DNA of 64,000 bases, taken from Phoronis australis. Lineage: Eukaryota; Animalia; Phoronida. The stretch lies in contig NMRA01000137.1 of the NCBI GenBank assembly GCA_002633005.1, forward strand, positions 620,001-684,000, read 5' to 3'. The notes under the pieces were generated by a model, which was given only the letters and a program-made list of their open reading frames with translations, ran no database searches and was not told the origin of the DNA. The translations under genes and the position numbers were made by a program. Of this stretch, positions 27,331 through 38,928 are shown piece after piece (position 1 is the first letter of the stretch; every line of letters starts with the position of its first letter).

Positions 27331-27927
27331 GTGAATGTTGGCCAATTCCCCTTTTGTCCACTGACGTCACACGCATGCTGGCGCCCCCAGTGGAGGCCCT
27401 GAGAACTCGTAAATAAACCGAGTTCATGAACCCGGTAGTATCCACTGGCAGCCTAGCAACGACCGAGCCAAGCTGGCGAACAGACTGGTATTTATTGTGG
27501 GACGTTGAGTATCATTTTTTTTCTAAAAACATAATGCATGGTATATAATAATGAATGGTATATAGTATCAATTAATTATGATTGAGAGATTCCTTTTTAG
27601 TCGAACGTAAACGAGGCTATTTCGCGTGGGGATAAAACTTTGGCATTGCCGTGTGTAACACAGAAGAACATTTGGATGGTGTTGCAGGATCGCGAGAATG
27701 AATATTCCAATTTTCTTAATTTATTGGAACAATATTAATTTTCTGAGAGGTATGACATGCAACATTATTTTAAAAACACACTAAAACATAGCGACTCTGG
27801 AAAAATCATAAAAAATACTTTAACCACAGTCGCCAGCATGCTTGTTTACGAGTTCTCAGGGCCTCCACTGGGGGCGCCAGCATGCGTGTGACGTCAGTGG
27901 ACAAAAGGGGAATTGGCCAACATTCAC
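27331..27927. mobile_element. Young MITE with perfect 83-bp terminal inverted repeats
   Basis: 27331-27413 is the exact reverse complement of 27845-27927 (gtgaatgttggccaattccccttttgtccactgacgtcacacgcatgctggcgcccccagtggaggccctgagaactcgtaaa). About 430 bp of non-coding interior. Confidence 0.93.
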
Positions 27928-28146
27928 TAAATAGGTGCTTAGGATACAACATCAGCATGGGCATAGGAGGTAGGTGGCTATAACCCCCCCGCTTATTTCA
28001 GTGCTGAGCTGCCCATGTACATAGTCTTTTGCCAGCTTAAATGTAAATTGAAACTCAGTAATCATGGTATAATACAAATGATAATTAATAAGTAAGAATT
28101 AAATCTGTAGTGGTAGCTGCATTGGTTATATGCAATAATCACATTA

Positions 28147-28216
28147 AAAACTCTTCTACAGCACAGTAGAAAAGTGATTTTAAAACTCTTCTACAGCACA
28201 GTAGAAAAGTGATTTT
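28147..28216. repeat. Perfect 35-bp tandem duplication
   Basis: aaaactcttctacagcacagtagaaaagtgatttt occurs at 28147 and 28182. Confidence 0.92.
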
Positions 28217-28240
28217 TGTACTTCTTAGCTAAGCTCGATT

Positions 28241-28360
28241 TCAAGAATTTCCCTGCTTGATAGTAATTACCAGTAATTACGCTGTTAACAGAATTAGCTG
28301 TTGTGACTGGAAAACGGTATTTTGTCTGATCATTTTTGTCTTGTAGTGTACACGGAATCC
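28241..28360 (+). repeat. Dispersed repeat (family C), related to 7611-7740
   Basis: Collinear similarity to 7611-7740. Confidence 0.62.
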
Positions 28361-31300
28361 TATATTGGTGAAATTTTAATGTATCACAAGTGTATTTTAC
28401 CTTGAAGATTGTGAATATCAGTGGAAAACTGCAGTTGTTTAATAAGCAACACATATGGATGATCCATTATTAATCCGTTACCTTTTGGCGCAAATAATAT
28501 CCAATTCGCTAATGATATCCAACATGCGACTCTTAAATAATGTATAAGCAGGCTACAACCGACACCACTGTATGTATGCGATGAAATAAAATGTCTGTTG
28601 ACACTGGTTGTTAACATCTTTTCTCATTGATGAGAATGTAAAATTTGTAAAATTTTAGTGCACAAATCTTGTGTGAAAGCATCATCTTTTGTTCAGAGGA
28701 TTTTACTTACGATAGAATCTCACCAACTTCAGAGAAAAATATTTTCCAAAACTTGTCTTTTTTCATTTTATCAACAGCTTCTGACGTTGTTACAAATGTC
28801 AACAATTTGTCAGAACCATCATTGTCTGGTGGTAGCAATGATGAAAATTTTCAAAAATTTTAAAGCACATATTTGGTGTAACTTATCTTTTATGAAACTC
28901 ACTTGTCAGCCAACAGTGCGATTTTACCATATTTAAACTTCTTAAATCTGCATTTTGTCCTGTTTACCTGGCTAAAAACAAAAGTCAAATAAGGCCTTCA
29001 ACTCTTAAAACATCAGCTTCGTTATACTCCTTAGCATGCTATTTCCTTTGATGCAATAGAAATGGAATTCCATCGCTGTAAGAAATATGAAACCGATGTT
29101 ACATGAGTAGGCCTAATTCAATTTTCGTTTTTAACTAGTTAAATAAAAGGCAAAATGCAGCTTAAAGTTACAGTTGCATGTAATTCTCAGAAAACTAAAT
29201 GATTGATCACGTTTTCTGTGTTTGTGTTAATAAGCTTCATATTGATAACCATTAAAACGCTTGATTCGACAGGGGCTTTTGATAATTACATCAAAACTCA
29301 ATTTCAAGTCAAATGTGACTTAAAATATCAATGCAATGAATATTTATTGAATTAATAGTGAGTCACCAAATTGTTGTTGCGTTTAAGTTGTAAATACCAG
29401 TTCATTTGTCTTGAAGTCTTCCCTGATACAAAACACAACACAATTAGCAAGTTTTATTTGCCCAGTTACAAGTCACAAATGCAGAGCCATTTCTTTGTCT
29501 CTTCTCCCACTGAGACTAGTGATGAGGCATCTGACTGGTCTTTGGTTGGTTTAATGGAGGTCTTTGTTTTATTTAAATTATCATATGTTTTGTAATGCTC
29601 TTGCCATGGAGTTGATCATAAGCCATAAGGCAATTAAATGCTGTGGTTCTTGTATATTTGCCTTTGTCAGTTTGAAGAGTCATCGTTGTATGAAGGTATC
29701 TGTTGATGAAAAAGAAATCCAAGGTAGATTAAAAACTTCACGGAATATTGGACATTGAAGTTGCCGTCTTCCTGTTGTGAGGTCCCGCATTGTGTGGTTT
29801 GGAAAGCCTCGAAAAAATATCTTCAAACAGGCAATGAGAAGGGTGAAAATCAATGTTGCGTGGACTGTCTGTGGTTGCAATGTGATGCAGGGGTGTGCAC
29901 TCAGTTGATTCTTCATAGCTCTGATTAAAGGATTTCACAAGGTATGTTGGAAGGAGGCATGTTGGTAGGCACATGGTAAACTGCCATTCTTCACGAAAAG
30001 TTGCTTCTCAGGAATCAGCATTCTTCAAGTTTCTGTTGTTGGCTGCTCCTAGATTGTGCACCTACGTAACCATGTGTGATTCTGGTTTGTGAAAGGAAAA
30101 TTTGTTTTGCAATAATATTGCTAAGTCTCACCAATTTAAGACACAGTGTGGCAGACATTGTAAGTTTTGTTCATTCATTTTTTCGTAAAAGATCAATAGC
30201 AACAAATAAATGCATAATCATGTTAAAGTTCCATACCATCATTGCCAACAGACAAATGTTTTGAGAATTGGGAAAATTTTGAAATATTCAGTTTTGATGC
30301 TTTGTTTTGTCCAAAATTGGTGAAATGTTTCTGTAAACCTATTAGAATTGTTACTCCTCATCGCGATTCCTCATGGTTTGTGCTGTGGATTTGACATTGT
30401 CAGAACCTGATATCATTTGTGGAGATAATGGGTAAGTGCAGGAAGATTTCTGTTGGTGGTTAGTGGACAGATCTCTTCCAGTGTCTTTACTGTCTAGACA
30501 ATCATTCCCGCCCCCATACCTGTGGGAATTTCAGACTGAAGTCATTCCTCTTTTCTTGAGTGTCCTCAGCTTAGTTAAATTGTGTTTTTGTTTTAACTTG
30601 ATGGTTCTTCAGCTCAGCATTTCCGACTGGTAATTGTTGAGACAGAGAACTCATAATCTCAGCATAATAAAGACTCTAAAAATGATTGATGCCATATTTG
30701 TCATAGATGATGAATGCTCCAAATTACTGAACAGTGTTCTGCCAGAAGATCAGTGCACTGCTGCCAGGTAGCGCTACTTACTGTATGAGTCATACATCGT
30801 CTGCTACTGTCACCAAGGCATCATTTGAACGTTTTAGGAACACTCCTCCAATATTGCTGGTAGCTCTTGAGATGCATAGTGTAGGCAGACATAAGCTTTT
30901 CTACAGGATCACTATAACAATAGACCCTTATAGAAAATAAACTGTAAACTAGTATTTGTGGAATTGTGCTTGCATTAAACACTTGAGACATAGATGTGCA
31001 TTGACTGTCTGAGTTATTCTTGCCATCCACATATTGTTTAACAAACAATAACCCAAGGCTAATAAAATTCAACACATGTCTCTTAATTGCAATATGATCT
31101 AAACAATTATATTGTGTTACAGGAAACTGACAGTTGCAGTTAACATTATCAAGAGGTTGTAAATTGAAAACCTCTACTGATGAGAAAGCCTTGCTTTTCC
31201 TAAACTGAAGAATAAGCACAAACTATTTCTCATGGTAATTTATCTTGGCTTATTTTGGAAAACTTTTGGTTTGCAGTTTTAGGTTCAAACCAGTTGTCAC

Positions 31301-32539
31301 TATTTTTTACCTTGTGTAGAAAACCGGGTTTAAGTCGTTACTTAAAAACTGGTTATTGTTTTCAATAAAACAGATATTTGTCTTATCACTAATTAAAAAG
31401 CTTTTTGCCGATTGTTAGTTTCTGAAGTTGTTTTGCATTGTGTTTGTTTCACATTCAGTCAAAATGCTGTTTCTTGTATAACTATTAAACATCTTGAACT
31501 TGGTATGATCTATCAAAAAACGAAACTAATATCCTTAACTGGTGGAACTGATAATTTTTTCTTTAGTGCATGATACAATGAGCTAATTGTTACTTCGACC
31601 AGACGGGATTCAGTTGTCAGTATCTGTTTTCTTCTTTGCATTACGATTTAATTATAAGGTGGCTGTAAAGCTAGCCAGTTCTCTAAAACAAAAACCAGAA
31701 ACCAGATACGAACGAGAATAAATCAATACCTCATTCCTGTGTGCATTGAATGTGGATCACTCCGCACAGATTCCAGGTGGTAGTTAGCAAGTTTGCATCT
31801 CTCCACTAATTGGCAGGTGTCATACATTGTTGCTGGTTGTGTATTAGACAAGTTGGCCTGTGGAAGGTATGTAGGTTTACAAAGAACACTGGTTGTAATG
31901 TAGCTTTTTTGATGTGAGATTGGACCTCAGAACTGAATTTACTGATGTTTACTTCATTGCCTTATATGCCTTTATTCAGGGCTGTGCACCTTTTAAGAAA
32001 TTTTTTACATGTGTGTCTCATGTGTCTGGCATTTTGGCACAAAATCCTATGCTTTGCTTATTAAAGGTTGTTAATTTTTACTTCTTAAAACTGGGTGTTT
32101 GTCATGTTTGAGATACTTTACATAGTTTTTGTTCAATTGGATTCTTGTCATTGTCTACCAAATTTCTAATGCAAAAGTCAAGTTACGTTCACTTACGCAA
32201 AAACTTTTCTTCTGTTTTAAGTGTATTCCATGTAATGGGCTTGTCTGTAATCATAGATATAGACACTGGTTTACATATATCTGGGTGTGCCTTGTGCAGT
32301 TCTATTGTTAGAACTCTGCCTTTATGAATGCTTGATTTTCAAATTTTCTCTCATAAATCTTGATTCGTGGCTAGATAACATGCACGTCACAATATTTTTT
32401 TGTGACTGTATGAAAAGTGTTCATTGTAATTAGTGCTTGAAAGATGTTTTTAATAGTTATCGATTGATGTTATTTCCTTTCTAAATTATTAAAACAGTAA
32501 AGGTTGGTGCAACTTTCAGCGTCTGTTTGGTAATAGATG

Positions 32540-32780
32540 ACTGAAATTTGGTCTTCAGCTCCACACCACTATTTTTGAAAAGTAACTAAATCTCACTCTA
32601 TCAAAAGTGCAGTCTCTGATAATACACATAGCTGATAGTTACTGAGAGAAACTCTATGAATTGTTTCTAGACTGCAATGTGCTCATAATTACTTGGCTAA
32701 AACTTTTTTCAGCAACTGTGAAGTGATAGCATAGCACCAAATTTCTGTCTGACGTCTAAAGTCACTTCATCAAACAGATC
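32540..32780 (+). repeat. Dispersed repeat (family D), related to 34173-34385
   Basis: tccacacca...actattt.tgaaa...ataattacttggctaa...ttttcagcaa.tgt.aagt...aatttctgt...aagtcac is shared by both loci. Confidence 0.62.
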
Positions 32781-34172
32781 CCTGGTTTCGCTTTCCCATT
32801 AGCTATTAACCCTATCAAAGCTCCATCGCAACTTCCTGAACCTTTCCAACTAACCCCTCTCTGCTAGTGACATTGGAGTTACCACTAGTTCTCTAGATTA
32901 AACACCAGATGGCGTTGTTAAGTTGTGCCCTCCATTAAGTACACGTACTGCACGTTTCTGACTCGTGCCATTACTGCCATCAGAGCGGAGTTAACCTTAC
33001 CAGTTGCCAAATGTAGTGGAGTTCGGCAACTCCTCAGTGTAGTCTTCCTATTTGGAAAGGTTTTGCAGTAGCTGTTTAAGTCCACGAGTTTCGCTGTCCC
33101 TTTTACCGAAAGTCTACAAAATGGGAAAGCTAACAGTGATTGCAGTTCTTCAACAAAATCTGTGACATAAGTGTCCGTCTCGTTTTTAAACTATTTTTAA
33201 CCTAATGTGTTGATATCTTTTTACATGCTATTTCCTTTGGTTTTTGTCCTGTATCGATTGTTTCCATTTGTGTATAGGCATTCAGTGTACTATCACACCT
33301 TATCCAAATAAAGCTCAGTAATTAATATGGCCGTCAATAAAACGCACAAAGAAACGATGGCCAAATATCTGCCATGTGTAAAAAATAATCCCACACTTCT
33401 AAAAGTTCAATTTGCCCAGGTGTTTGTTTTGCGGCTAATTCATGCTCTTAGTTTTCAGCCTCTCTGGACATTTTTAGTTGAAGAACTAAGCCGGTTGCTG
33501 TGCAAATCTCTGATTAACCTCCAACTTGCTACAAGCACAGAATAGAGTATTTAATCCTCTTAAAATTTGTTTTCTCATGGCTAGACCATGATTCACACAT
33601 AGAGAGCGCTTACCTTTGATATTTTCCGTTTTCTGCCTGTGGTGATGCAAATATTTTTGTAGTTATTTATCTCATTAGCACTGGTCTGCTGTAACCAGAT
33701 TCCTGTATCACTCAGCTATCAGACTCTATTATTTCCTATTGTGTACTGATGCCATGGCAACGGTTTTAAACCTCTGCTGTCTAATGTTTCACAATGTTCT
33801 TCCATTGTCTCTTTGAGGACTGTTAGGTAACTCTTGATTTATACATAGGCCTAGATTGAACAGAGATCATACCTTAATATTCAAATAACAAATGATGCTT
33901 AATTTCTTTGGCACTATAGTGTGGCCATATTTTTGTCTTTGGTCATTTTCCTGTTTTTGGTAGTGAACATTTCTTTCAGACATACTGGCTTGATAGTGTC
34001 ATTTTTGACCATATTTTGCTCTTAAAGCTGCTACATTTCTCTCAAAAAGTTAGATTTACAGTGCAAATCAATTCTATACTGGTCTAGACTCATTGCTCAG
34101 GTTAGATTTAATTTCTGAACTAGCAAAAATTTGTCATTTCTAAACACCAGGATTTTGTTTCATGAATAGTGA

Positions 34173-34385
34173 CTTCCACACCATTCAACTATTTCTGAAA
34201 GAAGATGAGTAAATCTCGAGAATATAAGCACAACAGTTAGTTGTTGAAATAATTTCTGTCAATTATTTCTATAGATCGAAACATGCTAATAATTACTTGG
34301 CTAACCCTGGCTTTTTCAGCAATTGTAAAGTAGGAGCAGAATACATAATTTCTGTTTTAGTCCCAAGTCACATTCATAAAACTGA
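34173..34385 (+). repeat. Dispersed repeat (family D), related to 32540-32780
   Basis: Collinear similarity to 32540-32780. Confidence 0.62.
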
Positions 34386-34539
34386 CACTTGGAATGTAAT
34401 GCCTTGCAAAGACTCCTTTTGTTCACCAACCACGATCTGAAGCATTAATTGTCTGCCAGGTCTTCCCAAATCCAGAAGTCGCTTCTTCCTCAAACAAGGA
34501 GCAAGTTCTTGCAGCTGTGTGAAAAGGGAAATGGTCATA

Positions 34540-35063
34540 AGGCCCTTTCATATTGACTTAACTCCGGTCTGAGCGGAGCGTCGACGTAAACAGCGCAGTT
34601 AACTGGACCGTTCATACTGGCTTCGGTAGTTAATGACCATCGAAGTAAAGGGTTGGTGATGCTGACGTCATAGAAGTTATCGCAAGGTAGCGCTGCACGC
34701 TAAGATTTTTTTCATTGTGACAATTTGGAAATTTAAATGTGCTAAATGACATAAAACTCATTTTTAAATCGATTGGTTATCATTAAACCAAAAAATAAGT
34801 AGTTATTAGTGACAGCACTACTCTGTAACTGTTGACGATAACAGTGGCACCTGGCGATAACTTCGATTGGACCGGAGTTAAGCGTTCATACTGCACCGCA
34901 GCGTCGACGCTGCGGACTTAAATCCACCTATTAACTGCGATGTTAACTGGAGCTCTTAACTGCGATCCAGGACCGGAGTTAAGATCCAGGACCGGAGTTA
35001 AGCGTTCATACTGACCGCAACTCCCCAAACCATCGACGCGTCGACGTTAGTATGAAAGGCCCT
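34540..35063. mobile_element. PIF/Harbinger-like MITE (~520 bp)
   Basis: TIRs AGGCCCTTTCATATTGA and TTAGTATGAAAGGCCCT, with TWA-like flanks (ata / tta). Internal subterminal repeats ggaccggagttaagcgttcatactg and gcgtcgacg. CpG-rich relative to the flanks. Confidence 0.8.
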
Positions 35064-37988
35064 TTAAAAGTGAACGAGTGTCTGGTGAAATGTGGGTTTG
35101 TGGCAGGTTAAGAATAAATTTTTGTTGAGAAGTATGACAATGGCTTTCTGTCTGTCAGTGATATTGTATCGTTTTGATACAGCCGAGACAGTGAAAGGTG
35201 CTTTGTCACTAGGTGGCCATACAGTTTTAGCGTTCTTGGGTGGGGATTTACGTGCAGTGCATCATCATCATTATGCTGTCTAATTAGCTCTGTTGTGCTG
35301 AGGGATATTCAAATGATTTACACGAAAACGTCCAATGTCTGCCTCAAAATGTCTGTTAATGAGAAAAGTTGACTTTCAACCCCTGTCAGTTCGATCTGTC
35401 TTGTAAATCAGAATTTGAAATAGGGTCAAGCAATAGAGGCTTTCTTGCTGTCCCCAGACTAGAGAGTTGCATGTCAAACTTATGTTTTTAAGAGCATTAA
35501 CTGAAATCAGTTGCACTGAAAGTCTTCTTGAGAAATTGGTCGACTCTGTTGCTTGAAGACATTGCACATTATTACGCCAGTTTTTATCCTCCTCAGTCTC
35601 ACTCTAGATTTCCAGATTGGATTGGGCAACAACGCTGCACAACATGCAGGATTCAATGCCATTTAATTATTTCTTGGTCTCAGACTCACTGTGCCGATTA
35701 CAGGGTATTATCTATGATTTACACCACAAGATTTAGCCAATGCTCTTAATAATAATCAAAGGGGAATCCATCCGCTCTTTATCTTCGCTCTTTATCTGCA
35801 GTAACTGCTAGTCAGCTGCACATGCACTCCGGTTAGACTTAATATGTTTCTTCCAAAGCATGGGTGCAAGTTCCACATGTAGCCACTGGCAAGAGTCCCA
35901 TATACTGGTACTGATACTTGTTCAAAAAATTAGATCACATCCTCCTGGTATCCACACTTCACCTCTTCAGTCAACACCCAGTTTCACCAGGTCTACACCT
36001 GTTTTATTCCATCAATCCCTGTTGACACCCTGGCGTGGACAGCCAATACCAGTTGTATCCCAACTTTATGCAGGGGGCACTCACCCCTTGCCTCTCGATT
36101 GGGAAACGTGAGCGGAAATCAAGTTTATGGAGAACTTAAATTAAGCAAAAGTGCACATGTATCCAAGGGTTTTTATAAAAAAGTGACTGAACACTTAATT
36201 AAAAAATTTGGTCTTATGGCTCCCCATTTCACAACAGGTGAATAAAGATTTCAGCTATGTAAACTGCACATCCAACCTAGAAAAAGTATACTAATTATCT
36301 GGGCAACTACTTGTAATTAGTATATTCTTAGATACTTTGTATGTTTGCTACAGTAGGATTTAGTTATTTTTTAGAACTAGTTGTGTGGAGGATAAGACCT
36401 AATTACATGGAAAATCAGTCTTCATGACACTTACCTCAGGTGTAACATTAGCTAATTATGGTCTATACTTTGTCATTTTGTGACAGCTGTCAAAAAGTGT
36501 TGTTGTAATTGATTCCTAAGGAAGTACACGAGGCAATCATGCGCACCACATTATGGAATTAACTATTTTCGTGATTGTGAAGTGCAGGTAGTGGTACCTT
36601 GACCATACTAGTCTCAGTTAACAATGGGTTTCAGCTGAGCAATTAAAGCCAACAGGGTGGCTTCTAAGGCAATTTTGGGTTTCAAAAACATTATTAATGA
36701 AAAGTCCGCAGCATATTAATTAATACTCGTGGCATTGCATTCATTTACATCTGTGAGTCTTCATTGGAGGACGGTTAGCCAACAACAGCGAATTTGGAAA
36801 ATTTCGGGATATATGTTGAGCTGAATATGTGCGGTTTATACTGTAGAGTTCTGTACCTTGTCTGATTTGACGTCACGCCACCAGATGGCGTGAGTAGACC
36901 ATGAAAGTCCTATATTGATCAGTCGACTTTTTTGGATTTCTCGAAGTATGGAGTATATGAGTTGACGTTTACTTCTAATTATCCAGGAAGATTTAAGCCC
37001 AGTACAGTGCCATCTTAGATAACCATTGTTTTGGTTCAGGTTTTGATATGGCAGGTTAGTGATATTAATGATACTCTGTAAAACTATTGACTGAGTGGAG
37101 TTCGTTGACTGCCTCAAGAGTAAGATTCACCACCTTTAAGTTGATTTATTCCAGTTTAAGTGTTGGGATTTCGGCTTGACCTCCGTGGTTAGCCTTGGGT
37201 GTGATTTGAAACTTAATTTCAGTTTTAACTATAAAGTTTGCATTAGTGCATTTGCATGGTTTAAGAATGTATCTGTATGATGGTGATTGGGTGAGAGAAC
37301 TCATCTTGCACTTATTGTTAACAGTTAATAACATGATGTGTTTGCTTCTTATAGTAGGAACTTATCTAATTCATCCTAAAATAAAAATCGATTTTCAAAT
37401 TGATACGCAATTAAGTCGCATTAGTATTCAAAAGCAGTTTCCTATCCGCATTTTGATAATTTCTAAATGGACTAAAATTTGAATTTAGTGCCATAATCCT
37501 TTCACTTCCTATTGACGGCGATGCATGATTCATCATCAGAACGATTTAACATTGAAACAATGTAATTTCCCTGTCTGCTAATGCAAAGGGGAATTCAAAT
37601 TGTGCTCAGTCCAGACCACAGGTAACTGTTGTGGATTGTTGGTTACGATCCTTGTTTCTGCAATTGTGCGAGGATCATCATGGCTTTAAATCTGGAATTG
37701 CCGAGTTGTTAATGATTGTAAACTTATTTTGTCGTAATTGGATGGTTAATCATGGTATGTTGAAATGCTGTGGTTCAGCAGTTATTTGGTGCTACTTATC
37801 TTTTATGAAAAATGAAAAAAATTCACTCAATGACAATATTTTGTCCTAAGTTAGTGTGATTTTACTGGAAACCTAGAAGTATATCACTTCTTTTGAAAAA
37901 GGAAGTGAAAAAACAACATGCTTATAAAATATCATTTCTTGTGTTTTACTGCCTGCAAACATAATGCATTGCAGAAATTCTTACCTTA

Positions 37989-38202
37989 TTAAGCACACAA
38001 TGTGGCTGACAAGTGAAGTTCCATTTTGTCAAATTTCTCCACAAAAGTAAGGAATAGAGAAATAGAGTCCATTGCTAGCATGGTTTGTACTGTGTCTCGA
38101 TGTTGAAAAACGACATTCAGTGAGATATACATTATTTGGTAGGTAAGTAATGTACTTTTGAAAAATGAAAAAATGATAGATTTGACAATTGTTTTGGTGC
38201 AA
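37989..38202 (-). repeat. Family A dispersed repeat copy
   Basis: ttaagcacacaatgtggctgacaagtgaa ... ttgacaattgttttggtgcaaa, the reverse complement of the family A ends. Confidence 0.65.
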
Positions 38203-38713
38203 AGTAACGGGAAACTATACATTGTGTTTTGGTATTGAAAAAAATATTTAGTAAAATTGTGTTTGGGTCATCATGCTGGTATGAACGTCTGATGCTCATC
38301 TTTATAGCAATAATTACTTATTTCCCAGTTATCCATTGACTAAGGAGGAATGCGGCAACATTAGTTAATTGTCACGCCATTTAATCCCTTGCTGTCATCT
38401 AGAACTCTTGGCAAAATCGTTTCATCTCCTGTCGTCATCGTCGTTAATTAATCATTCCTTTCTGTGTTCAGGTGTTTGATTGACAGCTATAAGTAATTAA
38501 CCACTGTTGGAGTTAAGGCCATTAAAGTTCCATTATAGTCACTTAATTGCTAATTTAATGAATGTTGAGGAATCCACAGGCCTGAAAATCAACTTTTTAA
38601 AACAACACTGGTGATGGTGATCATTTTAAATGACACGCTGAAATTTTTACCCCGCCCCTATTGTGTTTTTTGTCTATAATCCCCAACCGTGTAATGGTAA
38701 AAATTCTTCAATT

Positions 38714-38928
38714 TGTGACAAAAATAATTGCTAGAATTGCCATATTTCTATTTTTCAAATACTTACCAGTCGTTGTTGCAAATGCTCAAAGTTTCGCCTA
38801 ATGTTAAGTTATAGCTACTCCATAAAAACTATGCTAAAAGCATAGTAAACTTTCCTGAAAACTTATTTTTATTGAGAAAATTGACAAAATGAAATTTCAC
38901 CTGTTCGTCATAATATTTCCCCAAGTGA
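38714..38928 (+). repeat. Family A dispersed repeat copy
   Basis: gacaaaaataattgctagaattgccatatttc ... aatttcacctgttcgtcataatatttccccaagtga. Confidence 0.6.

Noticed and set aside
30821-31219. 132-aa ORF on the - strand (likewise 22497-22877)
   Set aside because: No recognisable homology; consistent with random open frames in intronic DNA.
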